DNA from: Methanomassiliicoccales archaeon
GTDB taxonomy: Archaea > Thermoplasmatota > Thermoplasmata > SG8-5
Direction: 5' to 3'
Length of the DNA: 53,787 bases
Assembly (NCBI GenBank): GCA_030612505.1
Contig: JAUWNU010000002.1
Span: forward strand, 1-53,787
Part shown: positions 17,558 to 26,248 of the stretch, piece by piece
Layout: each line of letters opens with the position of its first letter
Numbering within the stretch: the first letter of the stretch is position 1
Made by a program: the position numbers and the translations under genes
Notes under the pieces: generated by a model
What the model saw: the letters and a program-made list of their open reading frames with translations, nothing else
Database searches by the model: none
Told to the model about the DNA's origin: nothing

Positions 17558-17842
17558 TTACAGTGCTCTTTCCCTTCCCATGGTTACATTATACCCATGA
17601 GAACCAAGTGCGGTTGATGCTTTTGTCTTGTCAAGAATATAGTATTTGATATCTTTTTTTCTAATCTGTGATATGTAACCTTCATTAAGTAAAGCTTGAA
17701 TGTGTGGCTTGATTTTAGTAAATTTTCTTGAATATATCCTTTCAAGCTTTTTACTATTATATCCACTGGACGGTGTAAAATTTCTATTTGTATAAAGTAG
17801 ATTCAATATCCAAAGCTCCTCTTTCCCAAGTCCACAACTCAT
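17558..17842 (-). CDS. Small wHTH-like protein immediately downstream of the type IIG enzyme
   Basis: 94 aa with KPHIQALLNEGYISQIRKKDIKYYILD (recognition helix plus wing pattern). It starts 15 nt after the restriction-modification gene stop on the same strand. Confidence 0.5.
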   Translation of the reverse strand: MSCGLGKEELWILNLLYTNRNFTPSSGYNSKKLERIYSRKFTKIKPHIQALLNEGYISQIRKKDIKYYILDKTKASTALGSHGYNVTMGRERAL

Positions 17843-17857
17843 AACTATTCCTCATTC

Positions 17858-20800
17858 CTAAGTGGCTTCCCCCTCCACAATCCTAATCTCATCCTCAGTA
17901 AGATTGTACAACTCATAAACCAGCCCATCAATCTCCCTATCAGCCGCATCAATCTGCCTCTGCGCCCTGGTTTCAGCGTCCGGCGTGCTGGCCTCTTTAA
18001 TGTCCTTGTGTAGTTTCAGCATCCTCTCAACAAGCTTCACCATTTTGTCATGCCTGGCCACATCATTTTTGTCGTCAAAGTTGATGGTGCGGATTGGGAT
18101 ATTTTTGATGTATTGCTTATTGTATGCATAATACCCACCACTAAATTGACTACTTATAAGTTTAATATACCAATCAAATAAGTTTGAATTCAAAAGCCCT
18201 GTAAGATATAGATATTTTAATGATTTATATTTCTCATTAAGAGTAATTCCATATCCTCCACCGCCTCCACCACCACTTCCAACAAAATAGTAGAAATTTG
18301 TTTCATCAAAATAAAATGAGCCATGGCTGGCAATACTTGGTGTTAGAATTTTCATTTGTTCCATTTCGCTTAAATTTTGTGTTCTTCCAAAAGCATACCA
18401 TTTATCATGCTTCCATTTTCCTCTTTCTCTGGATTCTAGTTTTAAGCGATTTTCATTCAGATATTTCCAGATATTTGGAAATTCTTTTTCCATTTCCTTG
18501 ATAGGAATTAATTGCGCTTTATTTTCTACTAATTTATAAGGAAATAATATTGATTTAGTAATGTTTGAAACATGATATCGTTTAAGATTGACAGAACCTT
18601 TGCATAATGGATGAATTAGTTCTTTCTCTAATGTATAAGTGCTTCCTGTAGCTTCTGACCTATACTTGCCAGTGGACTCCTTTTTCATTATAAATACTGG
18701 GTCCGCTCCAGTAATCAATCCTTGGAAAATTTTACTTGTAACATCTTCTAATTTTATTGGTATGTCGTTTAAGCGTTCAAATAAATCACTTCCTGGACCA
18801 ACAATAAAATTCCATTCATCAGCCCCAGATGGATGATTAATTGAACCCTTTTTTGCATCCTTTTGTAATTTCCAGGAGAGTAAATCATTAACGTCAATAT
18901 AATTGAATTTGTTATTATCTTTTCCTGTAAGAAACAAAAGGCAAGTGTATGTTGTAGCCCCATCAAAAATTTGCAAATCATTGAAGTTGACAATTTCATC
19001 CAGATGCTTGCCCTCACTGATTAATTCTCGAATGGGCTGGCCATACTTTGCCTGGAAGAATTTATGGGGGCAAATGTATCCCATTTTTCCATTCTTGTTG
19101 ATTAGTTGAAGGGCCTTTTCTATGAAAACAACATAGATGTCATAATTTCCCTTGCTGGCGGATTTGTAAACTCTCTTATAATGCTCCACTTCGACAGGGG
19201 CCCACTCTTTCATTGTCTGGATGCGAATATAAGGCGGATTCCCAACCACCGCATCAAACCCTCCGGCCTTCATAATATCGGAAAACTCTTCCTGCCAGCT
19301 GAACGGATTAATCCTGTTAAGTTCATCATCTCGCTCATCATCATTCATGTCCTGAAGATGGTCGATTATGTCGAAATCGATTAGTGAGTTTCCGCACTTT
19401 ATGTTGCTGCCCAGGTCTGGTAATGCTGGCTCCTTGAACCAGGATTTCACATTGGCAATGGATTCTTTACTCTCTCCTTCAAGAGCTTTTAGAAGTAGGT
19501 TTAATTTGGTAACTTCAACTGCCTGGCCGTCAATGTCCACGCCGTGAATATTGTTCAGTAAAATTCGTTTCTTTTCCTGTAATGTTAATTGCCATTCGTC
19601 CTTTCGCTTTTCGAATACCTGGTCCTTGTGCTTTTTTGGGCTATTGGCCATATACCATTCAAGATGCTTGTTCAGCATTTTCTGGTAGGCTACTATCAGG
19701 AATGAGCCGGAACCGCAGGCAGGGTCCAGGATTTTGATTTTAGCCAGTTCGTCCAGATTCTTGCCTTCGCAGAGCTTTACCACTGTGTTTTCTACAATGT
19801 ATTCCACAATGTAGGTTGGCGTGTAATAAACTCCGCCAGCTTTCTTGACCTCTGGCTTTTCCTCGATCTTGGCAGTTTTTCCGCTGGCTGATAATTTGAT
19901 AACCTTGCCTAAGAATTGTTCATAGACCTGGCCTAAAATATCTGCCGGAATAACATCAAACTGATACGGTGAATTTGGATAATACAAGTCCCACAGAATG
20001 CTTGCTAGTACTTTGTCATCAACAATTAGCTTGCGCATTAATCGGTCCGGTTTTGTGCTTCTTGATTTGTCATGTGTGAAATGGAATAATCCAGAATTAT
20101 ATTTTGCATCTGCCAGTTGAAAGACATCTATCATATGTCTGTAAATATCTTTCTTGTTCATCATTATGTCATAAAGCTGATTCTCTGGCTCTGTTTTTCT
20201 GTCCTCACAAATACGCAAAAATAGAATTCTATCAATAAGCCTCTGAACTGCAAAATTCACTTCCTCGGTGGTGAATTCATTATTCTTGGCAATATTTTTA
20301 GCCAGTTCCTCACGCCAACCTTCTATTTCCTTGAGAATTTCTGCGTCAACCTCTGATGTTCCACGCTTCTTTGCCTGGGCATATTTGTCGAATGAACCCT
20401 TGAGAATTGCATCCTTTGTGAATATAGCAACAAGTTCATCCCAGCGTTCTTCCAGTTCATCGAAGGAGATGTAAAGAATTCTGCCCTTTGTCGGGTCATC
20501 AGTTCTAACTGGCCTGAACCTGCAATCATAAACTGAAATATCTTCAAAATTTGTGAGAATGGATAATGGTAATTTTGCGCTCCAGGCATATCTTTTCAAC
20601 TGGAATGCTGGCATCTTATCCGAGCATATGTCAACCGATGGCTTTTTTGCTTCAACGAAGAACTTGGTAGTGCCGCTTAACCTGAAAGAATAATCTGGGG
20701 TTTTTATGCTGCCTTCGACTTCCAATGATTCTTCGGTTACAACATCTCGATACTGGGGCGCATTTCCTTGGGTATTGTCAACGTCCCAATCCAGTGCCTT

Positions 20801-20920
20801 AAAAAGAGGGTCTAAAAATTCAATTCTTACATCTGCCTCCCTGTAGCTGGATGACCTGTACTGCTTGCGGTTGTTTTTGTACCGTTCAACAAGTTTTGAA
20901 ATCTCTTCCGGTGCTGCCAT
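17858..20920 (-). CDS. Type IIG restriction-modification enzyme (fused PD-(D/E)xK nuclease + N6-adenine methyltransferase + target recognition domain)
   Basis: N-terminal TPDYSF...FFVEAKKP (D...ExK). MTase motif I ILDPACGSGSFLI and motif IV GNPPYIR. A long C-terminal specificity region completes 1020 aa. Confidence 0.9.
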   Translation of the reverse strand: MAAPEEISKLVERYKNNRKQYRSSSYREADVRIEFLDPLFKALDWDVDNTQGNAPQYRDVVTEESLEVEGSIKTPDYSFRLSGTTKFFVEAKKPSVDICSDKMPAFQLKRYAWSAKLPLSILTNFEDISVYDCRFRPVRTDDPTKGRILYISFDELEERWDELVAIFTKDAILKGSFDKYAQAKKRGTSEVDAEILKEIEGWREELAKNIAKNNEFTTEEVNFAVQRLIDRILFLRICEDRKTEPENQLYDIMMNKKDIYRHMIDVFQLADAKYNSGLFHFTHDKSRSTKPDRLMRKLIVDDKVLASILWDLYYPNSPYQFDVIPADILGQVYEQFLGKVIKLSASGKTAKIEEKPEVKKAGGVYYTPTYIVEYIVENTVVKLCEGKNLDELAKIKILDPACGSGSFLIVAYQKMLNKHLEWYMANSPKKHKDQVFEKRKDEWQLTLQEKKRILLNNIHGVDIDGQAVEVTKLNLLLKALEGESKESIANVKSWFKEPALPDLGSNIKCGNSLIDFDIIDHLQDMNDDERDDELNRINPFSWQEEFSDIMKAGGFDAVVGNPPYIRIQTMKEWAPVEVEHYKRVYKSASKGNYDIYVVFIEKALQLINKNGKMGYICPHKFFQAKYGQPIRELISEGKHLDEIVNFNDLQIFDGATTYTCLLFLTGKDNNKFNYIDVNDLLSWKLQKDAKKGSINHPSGADEWNFIVGPGSDLFERLNDIPIKLEDVTSKIFQGLITGADPVFIMKKESTGKYRSEATGSTYTLEKELIHPLCKGSVNLKRYHVSNITKSILFPYKLVENKAQLIPIKEMEKEFPNIWKYLNENRLKLESRERGKWKHDKWYAFGRTQNLSEMEQMKILTPSIASHGSFYFDETNFYYFVGSGGGGGGGYGITLNEKYKSLKYLYLTGLLNSNLFDWYIKLISSQFSGGYYAYNKQYIKNIPIRTINFDDKNDVARHDKMVKLVERMLKLHKDIKEASTPDAETRAQRQIDAADREIDGLVYELYNLTEDEIRIVEGEAT

Positions 20921-20975
20921 ATTCTCCCAGACCCAGAATAGAGGTTTAGGATATTAAGATTGGCGAGAAATGCAT

Positions 20976-21268
20976 CAATCCAACCAACTCCCGAACACAC
21001 GAGAACAATCCAGCCAACACGACCATGCCCCGTGCGTGAACACGATAATTCGTGTGAAGTAGGCTGAAAGACCGAAGGATTTCAGCTGTGGAGCGCGGGG
21101 TTGTACCTCCTGATTGTCTGAATCAGGAGAGTTGACACGTCTCTTTTTTCTTTCTAAATTCAGAAACCCCGTCTGGATTGAAATGTATTCGTATTTGGAG
21201 GGCGGGGAGGTGCCGCCACAAACGGCCAACCACCGGGAACACCTAAATCAACGGCCAATCCCAAGAAT
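20976..21268 (+). repeat. Structured intergenic repeat, copy C (composite; unit 1 with 73-nt insert at 21028-21100)
   Basis: ...caacacgaccatg-CCCCGTGCGTGA-ACACGAtaatTCGTGT-gaagtagg-CTGAAAG..TTTCAG-ctgtgga-GCGCGGGG-ttgtac-CTCCTGATTgtctgAATCAGGAG-agttgaca-T-rich-CCCCGTCTGGA...GGAGGGCGGGG-aggtgccgcc. Confidence 0.8.
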
Positions 21269-21358
21269 CAGCCCAGCAGTTCTCAATTTGGTAATTCTCA
21301 ATCTTAATTCTTTCCTTCGGCTGAACCCCCCGCAGGCCTTCCCCCGCCCAACCTACAC

Positions 21359-21403
21359 CGCAAATTTGACAATTAAATTATAGTAATCTATGTCAAATCT
21401 GCG
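21359..21403. repeat. Palindrome cgcaaaTTTGACA-N19-TGTCAAAtctgcg (copy 1)
   Basis: 13-nt arms (12/13 complementary) with a 19-nt AT-rich spacer. The same arms recur at 26910-26954. Confidence 0.75.
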
Positions 21404-21450
21404 TCTCTCCTATTTTTGACTATAACTTTATTTTAAGTTTCAAAAATATG

Positions 21451-21534
21451 ATGCCGATGGCGACCACCTCCCCGCCCTCCGCTTCGCTTTAGACGGGGCA
21501 TGATTGGCCAGGCCGTCTGAGGGTTGCGCCTACC
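21451..21534 (-). repeat. Structured intergenic repeat, copy D (single unit, short loop)
   Basis: The reverse complement reads ggtaggcgcaaccctcagacggcctggccaatcatg-CCCCGTCT-aaagcgaagcgga-GGGCGGGG-aggtggtcgccatcggcat. Confidence 0.75.
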
Positions 21535-21680
21535 TTCTTCTTATCATAACCCACCGCCCAAATCCTAAACACTCGATTAATTGACCCCGGCTAATTAACT
21601 ATCCTCGGGGATAAAGTCGGTTTGAAAATAGTATATTAGGATCAATAATGGGACTTTGGGGTCAAGCTTGAATGCTTAGC

Positions 21681-22349
21681 TCAATCTGTGTCCCTACAAA
21701 GGAATATTGATTTTTTCTTAACGGTGGCATCTTCTTCATAGGTGAAAGAGAAGTAATCAGAATTTCCTATTTTCAATGCTTTTACTATTTTATCCAGTTT
21801 TTTCACTGCATTGCCACTGCCAAAAAGTATCAATAAGTCTGGTTGTAGTGATTTCAAGCGAATGTCTAACTTTTTAATGATTTCTTCCTCTTTGTCTTGG
21901 TTCGATACTAATGTTGCATATCTCTCAACATCATCTAAAAGAATTTTCAATTTTTCTTTTATTTCTTTTGGTTTCATCTCATTCATAACCAACCTTTGAA
22001 TTAAATTGAATATAATTCCATTCTGTATGAGAGCAACAATTAACACACCCTTCTTTTTGTGGTCTTTTCTTATCTTGTCCAAGCATTTCATAACCTTTTC
22101 ATCTTTACCTTCATTCTTTCTTAGCCATATTCCTGTTTTGGCAAGTTTTTGATGGGTTTTATCAGTGAAATGTTTTCTGTATAATTTCATTTCTTTTGAT
22201 TTAGCTATCTCTCTCAAATCAACTAATTCAGAATCATCTGGAAGAAATCCAAGTTCTCTTGCCTTAATTTTCAATGCGTGGCTTCGTATTTCATCAGCAG
22301 TAAAATCAAGTGATGCCTTAATACCCTTTTCTATAATGTCTTCTTCCAC
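21681..22349 (-). CDS. Hypothetical protein (Lys/Glu-rich, no recognisable domain)
   Basis: 222-aa ORF with a GTG start that overlaps the stop of the upstream 79-aa ORF by 1 nt. Repeat copies C/D and E flank it. Confidence 0.55.
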   Translation of the reverse strand: MEEDIIEKGIKASLDFTADEIRSHALKIKARELGFLPDDSELVDLREIAKSKEMKLYRKHFTDKTHQKLAKTGIWLRKNEGKDEKVMKCLDKIRKDHKKKGVLIVALIQNGIIFNLIQRLVMNEMKPKEIKEKLKILLDDVERYATLVSNQDKEEEIIKKLDIRLKSLQPDLLILFGSGNAVKKLDKIVKALKIGNSDYFSFTYEEDATVKKKSIFLCRDTD

Positions 22350-22588
22350 TATATTTCCCCATATTCTTCCGTATATGAAATTAAGCTATATGGGTCATTG
22401 TTTATTATTACTGTACTTCCGCCTAAAAGAACCAAAGATTCCATCAAAACATATTCCCCTGTGTATTTGTCCTTTACTTTTCTCGATTTCTCATTGTAAA
22501 TATATGTTCCATCTGTGTCATAACCGAGTTCTTTCAATAATGCTTCTTTTGAATTTTTTGAAACATCGTTGAGATTTATTATTTCCAT
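22349..22588 (-). CDS. Hypothetical small protein, first gene of a two-gene cassette
   Basis: 79-aa ORF coupled to 21681..22349. No motifs recognised. Confidence 0.5.
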   Translation of the reverse strand: MEIINLNDVSKNSKEALLKELGYDTDGTYIYNEKSRKVKDKYTGEYVLMESLVLLGGSTVIINNDPYSLISYTEEYGEI

Positions 22589-22804
22589 CTTCTCACCTTA
22601 AATTAATTGATTGGGGATTTCCAGCCCCCTATTAAATCTTTCTCTCTTCCTTCCCAGACATGATTCTAACGAATCCATCATACCTATATGATAGACAGGT
22701 AATTTATACTTTTTGATTGGTTACACTATTTTTGAAGTAATCATAAATTCGTCTTAGTACCGGGCACGCATATTTCATGAATTTACAAATTATAGGCGTT
22801 GCGT

Positions 22805-22966
22805 CTACCTTCTGATCTTTCGACCATATTTTCTGCCAACTTTCTTGCCGACTTTTCCACCTATATGTGAACCGACTGGTCCGCCATATTTTACACCAAC
22901 TGCGCGACCTGCTGCTTCACCAACTTGGCCGCCAGCTTTTTGATAGGTCTTGGGTTTTTTTGCCAT
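22805..22966 (-). CDS. 53-aa Gly/Lys-rich basic peptide
   Basis: An internal ATG at 22964-22966 (minus strand) is preceded by AGGAGG 5 nt upstream. Sequence MAKKPKTYQKAGGQVGEAAGRAVGVKYGGPVGSHIGGKVGKKVGRKYGRKIRR. The longer track ORF (to 23197) runs into repeat copy E and is unlikely to be coding there. Confidence 0.5.
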   Translation of the reverse strand: MAKKPKTYQKAGGQVGEAAGRAVGVKYGGPVGSHIGGKVGKKVGRKYGRKIRR

Positions 22967-23045
22967 GAATATTTCCTCCTTTAGATTGATATTCATAGGA
23001 TGGCTTATAAAGGTTGATTGGGGGTGGGCGAAAGTATAGGGCATG

Positions 23046-23311
23046 CAACCAACCGAACACACAAGAACAATCCAGCCAACACGAACATGCCCCGTCTGTG
23101 TGAGCATTGCCTGCAATGCGAGCGAGACTGTTAACCGAAGGTTCAGTCGAAGAGGGCGGGGTATATGTGCCAGATTTGTGGAAGCTGGCAGTGACAAAAG
23201 GCCATTCGGATACCTCGTCCGTTAGGGCGGGGAGGTTCTAGCATATCATCGATACCGTCAACCCAGGGAACATCTCAACCAAGGGCCAGGCCGTCTTATG
23301 GTTACGCCTAC
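23046..23311 (+). repeat. Structured intergenic repeat, copy E (composite, sequence-divergent; unit 1 = 23090-23161, 72 nt)
   Basis: The architecture is the same but the stems differ: CCCCGTCTGTGTGA-GCATTGCctGCAATGC-...-CTGttAACCgaaGGTTCAG-...-GGGCGGGG-tatatgt-GCCAGaTTtgtggAAgCTGGC-agtgaca-...-GGGCGGGG-aggtt. Confidence 0.7.
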
Positions 23312-23511
23312 TTTTTATACTTTCACCAACCCCCAAAGTCTGTTTATATACATCGGTGGGAATAGCAGAAATATGAAGATTGAGAATGAGGAAAATATCG
23401 ATACGCCGCCCATAACGAAATTGCCTCCTGGCCGAGATACACTTTCGGGGGCAGCCGCAGTTGCCAGTTAGCCGAAAGCATTATATATTCTGTGTTACAA
23501 TAGTAATATAA

Positions 23512-23745
23512 GTGGTTACCATGGCAACAACAAAAACATTGAATGTGAGAATAACCGAAAGCCAGCATGAAGAATTGGGCGCGCTTGTAGAGCGAGGAGA
23601 TTATGTGTCCAAGGGAGAGTTCATTCGAGAACTATTGCGCGAGAAGTTCGACGATTTCTCCTCTTATCTGCACGAAAAAGCTGCGGCAGATAGAGATAAG
23701 CATGTTTCTCTAGAGGATTACGGCAAGTCCAGAGGATTAGAATGA
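23512..23745 (+). CDS. Ribbon-helix-helix (CopG-like) antitoxin
   Basis: KTLNVRITESQHEELGALVERGDYVSKGEFIRELLRE. There is a 4-nt ATGA overlap with the downstream toxin gene. Confidence 0.8.
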   Translation: MVTMATTKTLNVRITESQHEELGALVERGDYVSKGEFIRELLREKFDDFSSYLHEKAAADRDKHVSLEDYGKSRGLE

Positions 23746-24002
23746 GCTATTCTGTCTTTCTTCATCCGGATGTCGAGGAATATTTGGATTCGCTTTCCCA
23801 GAGCGAGAGAAAGAGATGCTACATAAGTTTGAAAAAGCTGGCCCTTGACCCATACAAAACCAGGTCTGGTTGTGACATAAAGAAGATGAAAGGTAAAAAG
23901 GTGTATTATCGGTTGCGTGTCGGAAATAACAGGTTTTTATACGTGATATCTGGCAATGAAGTTTTTGTCGAAGAAGCTTTCAAACGCGGAAAAGAATACT
24001 AG
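23742..24002 (+). CDS. relE: RelE/ParE-family type II toxin
   Basis: 86 aa. KKMKGKKVYYRLRVGNNRFLYVISGNEVFVEEAFKRGKEY matches the RelE-type yRlRvG.yRiiY...i.hR..aY pattern. Confidence 0.8.
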   Translation: MSYSVFLHPDVEEYLDSLSQSERKRCYISLKKLALDPYKTRSGCDIKKMKGKKVYYRLRVGNNRFLYVISGNEVFVEEAFKRGKEY

Positions 24003-24115
24003 TCAACAATAGCCAACCACCGGGAACACCTCAATCAACGGCCAATCCATGGAACACCTCAATCAACGGCCAGCCCTGAGAATTACGCCTCCCCAATTAT
24101 CACCCCCGATTCTCA

Positions 24116-24158
24116 TCGCCCCGCCCTTATATCCTCCAACGGAGTTTGTTGGGTTATG
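24116..24158 (+). promoter_or_regulatory. Shared promoter module (TATA-like ttatat ~25 nt upstream of ATG), copy 1
   Basis: tcgccccgcccTTATATcctccaacggagtttgttgggttATG is nearly the same as 25838-25879 (ccgccccaaccTTATACccccagacaaagattgttgggttATG). Here it precedes only a 19-codon ORF. Confidence 0.4.
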
Positions 24159-24303
24159 AATGATATAACAAGAATTGTTAATTTTGTACAAGATAATGGA
24201 ACATACAAATATTGAAAGGTAATAATTGATTGAAAATTATTTGTATATCTTATGCGTATATATTTTAACATTAAATAACGAGGAGTTAACGGGAAGTGAA
24301 ATT

Positions 24304-25662
24304 ATGTTAGTGTTAATGAGATTGTATGCAAAAAGTGGGGTGTCTGAACTATGGAATGCCATTGAATTTCAAAAGAGAAATCTATATTGGAAAGAGATCA
24401 ATCCATTATACGCCATCCAGCAGGAGAGAAAGAGGTACTTAAGCATGGTTTTGGACATTAAAAACTTCGAGTCCTTCCAACGGTTGTTTCTTAATAATAT
24501 TGCCACCATGACCCCGGTTAAGAAAATCATGACCATTCCTATAATGTCCCCGATTTATTTTCCCCTTCCAAAGGATCACCCGACAGATTTTATCAGGTAC
24601 CAGGTTTTCTTGAGGGTATCTCCAGAAAAGTACAATGAGGTTTACTCAAAGATTATAACTCTTAAGTATCCAGAAGACATTATCGTGACATATCTTTCTC
24701 ACTCATTTGGAGATGATGACATGATTATATCGTTATTGGCTAGAGACAGGGAAACTGCGCTTGATTTCGTAAACGATTCCATTGGGAAGATTGACGGTGT
24801 TTTTGCTCATGACACATCGCGTGTTATTAGAAGTGAATATCTCCTACCACCTGATAAGGCACAGGCACATAAGGCACGCTTCCTATATTCAACACCTGCG
24901 GGTAAGAAAGGTGAGTTCTCGAACCCAGATGCATACGAAAAGTACATTAAAGAGCGAACTCCGGTAACAGTAATAGTTAGACTCTTCGCCAAAAAATCAC
25001 TATCCAAACTCTGGGCTGACATAGAAAACCACATACCAAAATTCGAATCAAAAGAACTTGTTCCACTCTATGCCTCTCAGCAAGAAGAACAGGATTATAT
25101 TTCCGTTATTTTCGAGGCAACGAACTTCGAGGTTCTAAGAGATGTGTTGACAAAGAATATTCCTACATTAGTTGACGTGAGAAAAACCAGGACCATCCCC
25201 ATGTTAGAGCCATGCTATTATCTCATGCCAAAGAAACACCCAGAGAATTTGGAGAGATACCTAATCAACATACAAGTAGAACCCAATCTATTTCAACAAG
25301 TTCGCTCAAAGATTGTTAGTCACAACAATCCTGACAATGTTTTCTTGTCCTATATTGGATATGTATTATCAGGAGACGATGACATTATACTTTCGATTCT
25401 TGCAGATTCACAGAAGACAGCTCGAACATTCGCAAAGGAAGTTTTTGAACAAATGGAAGGGGTTCACACATATGATATCTCCAATCAATTGAAAACAAGA
25501 AGATTGGCTTCAAAGAGCAGGTGGAAACAACACCAAGGAAAATATCTCTCGAGTTATGATAAACAACATAGGAAAGATTATGACCGTAGATTTGACTGGA
25601 CCGATGACTACTATGAATATGCCCTGATGTCTGGGGCTTATCATCTGGATATGGAAGAGTAG
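24304..25662 (+). CDS. Internally duplicated protein made of four RAM/ACT-like (Lrp/AsnC ligand-binding-type) modules, no HTH
   Basis: The two ~215-aa halves align: MLVLMRLYAKSGVSELWNAIE.. vs VTVIVRLFAKKSLSKLWADIE..; YLSHSFGDDDMIISLLARDRETALDFVNDSIGKIDGV vs YIGYVLSGDDDIILSILADSQKTARTFAKEVFEQMEGV. I chose the ATG at 24304 because the repeat unit starts there. The longest ORF starts at 24226. Confidence 0.7.
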   Translation: MLVLMRLYAKSGVSELWNAIEFQKRNLYWKEINPLYAIQQERKRYLSMVLDIKNFESFQRLFLNNIATMTPVKKIMTIPIMSPIYFPLPKDHPTDFIRYQVFLRVSPEKYNEVYSKIITLKYPEDIIVTYLSHSFGDDDMIISLLARDRETALDFVNDSIGKIDGVFAHDTSRVIRSEYLLPPDKAQAHKARFLYSTPAGKKGEFSNPDAYEKYIKERTPVTVIVRLFAKKSLSKLWADIENHIPKFESKELVPLYASQQEEQDYISVIFEATNFEVLRDVLTKNIPTLVDVRKTRTIPMLEPCYYLMPKKHPENLERYLINIQVEPNLFQQVRSKIVSHNNPDNVFLSYIGYVLSGDDDIILSILADSQKTARTFAKEVFEQMEGVHTYDISNQLKTRRLASKSRWKQHQGKYLSSYDKQHRKDYDRRFDWTDDYYEYALMSGAYHLDMEE

Positions 25663-25837
25663 TAAATTCGTTTTCACTAATTATTAGTTGCGAGCGAAGC
25701 GGAGGGGGCAGGGCTAGGAAACTTTATGAAAACAGATAATAATTGTGTTTGCGAGGCCGCCTAATGAATGAAATGAATTAGGTTGGGTCTTTCACCACCA
25801 ACGGCCTACCAGGTCTATTATCGCCAATGATACCCAC

Positions 25838-25879
25838 CGCCCCAACCTTATACCCCCAGACAAAGATTGTTGGGTTATG
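25838..25879 (+). promoter_or_regulatory. Shared promoter module, copy 2 (drives 25877..26248)
   Basis: See 24116..24158. The TATA-like ttatac lies ~25 nt upstream of the ATG, consistent with a leaderless archaeal mRNA. Confidence 0.4.
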
Positions 25880-26248
25880 AAAGAGCCAAAGTTCGACTTC
25901 TCCAGGCCAACCGGCGATATAGGTCTGCTCCTGCTTGTGATGAGCCTTATTGCCTATGCTGTCTGGCTCGTTATTTCTATTCAGAATATCTGGTCTTCCA
26001 ATGCTGCTGAAAAGAATTATTTTATTGTGGTCAGTATTGTGCTGATCATTGCTCTGGTCCTTCTCTCCATCAATTATCGCCATGTCAAAAAATTAAATAA
26101 AAAGATACCTGAGTGGATTGTGTTCAAAGGGGATTCAAAGCAGGTACTTCCTCCGCTGTGCCAGAAATGCCGGTATCCTGCAAGATGGGCAGTCGAGTTT
26201 GATTCCTGGTATTGCGATAAATGCAATTATTTGGCTGGCCCATTTTGA
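25877..26248 (+). CDS. Small membrane protein (2 TM) with C-terminal zinc ribbon
   Basis: Hydrophobic segments IGLLLLVMSLIAYAVWLVI and YFIVVSIVLIIALVLLSI. C-terminal CQKCRY...YCDKCNY. Confidence 0.6.
   Translation: MKEPKFDFSRPTGDIGLLLLVMSLIAYAVWLVISIQNIWSSNAAEKNYFIVVSIVLIIALVLLSINYRHVKKLNKKIPEWIVFKGDSKQVLPPLCQKCRYPARWAVEFDSWYCDKCNYLAGPF

Noticed and set aside
18240-18290. Poly-Gly run (GSGGGGGGGYG) in the type IIG enzyme as a slippage or phase-variation tract
   Set aside because: It is encoded by mixed codons (ccaccgcctccaccaccact), not a homopolymer or simple repeat, so slipped-strand switching is unlikely.
25778-26083. 101-aa minus-strand ORF overlapping the start of 25877..26248
   Set aside because: It overlaps the repeat/promoter module and the TM-encoding part of the plus-strand gene. 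The plus-strand gene has a TATA-plus-ATG context and a zinc-ribbon motif.
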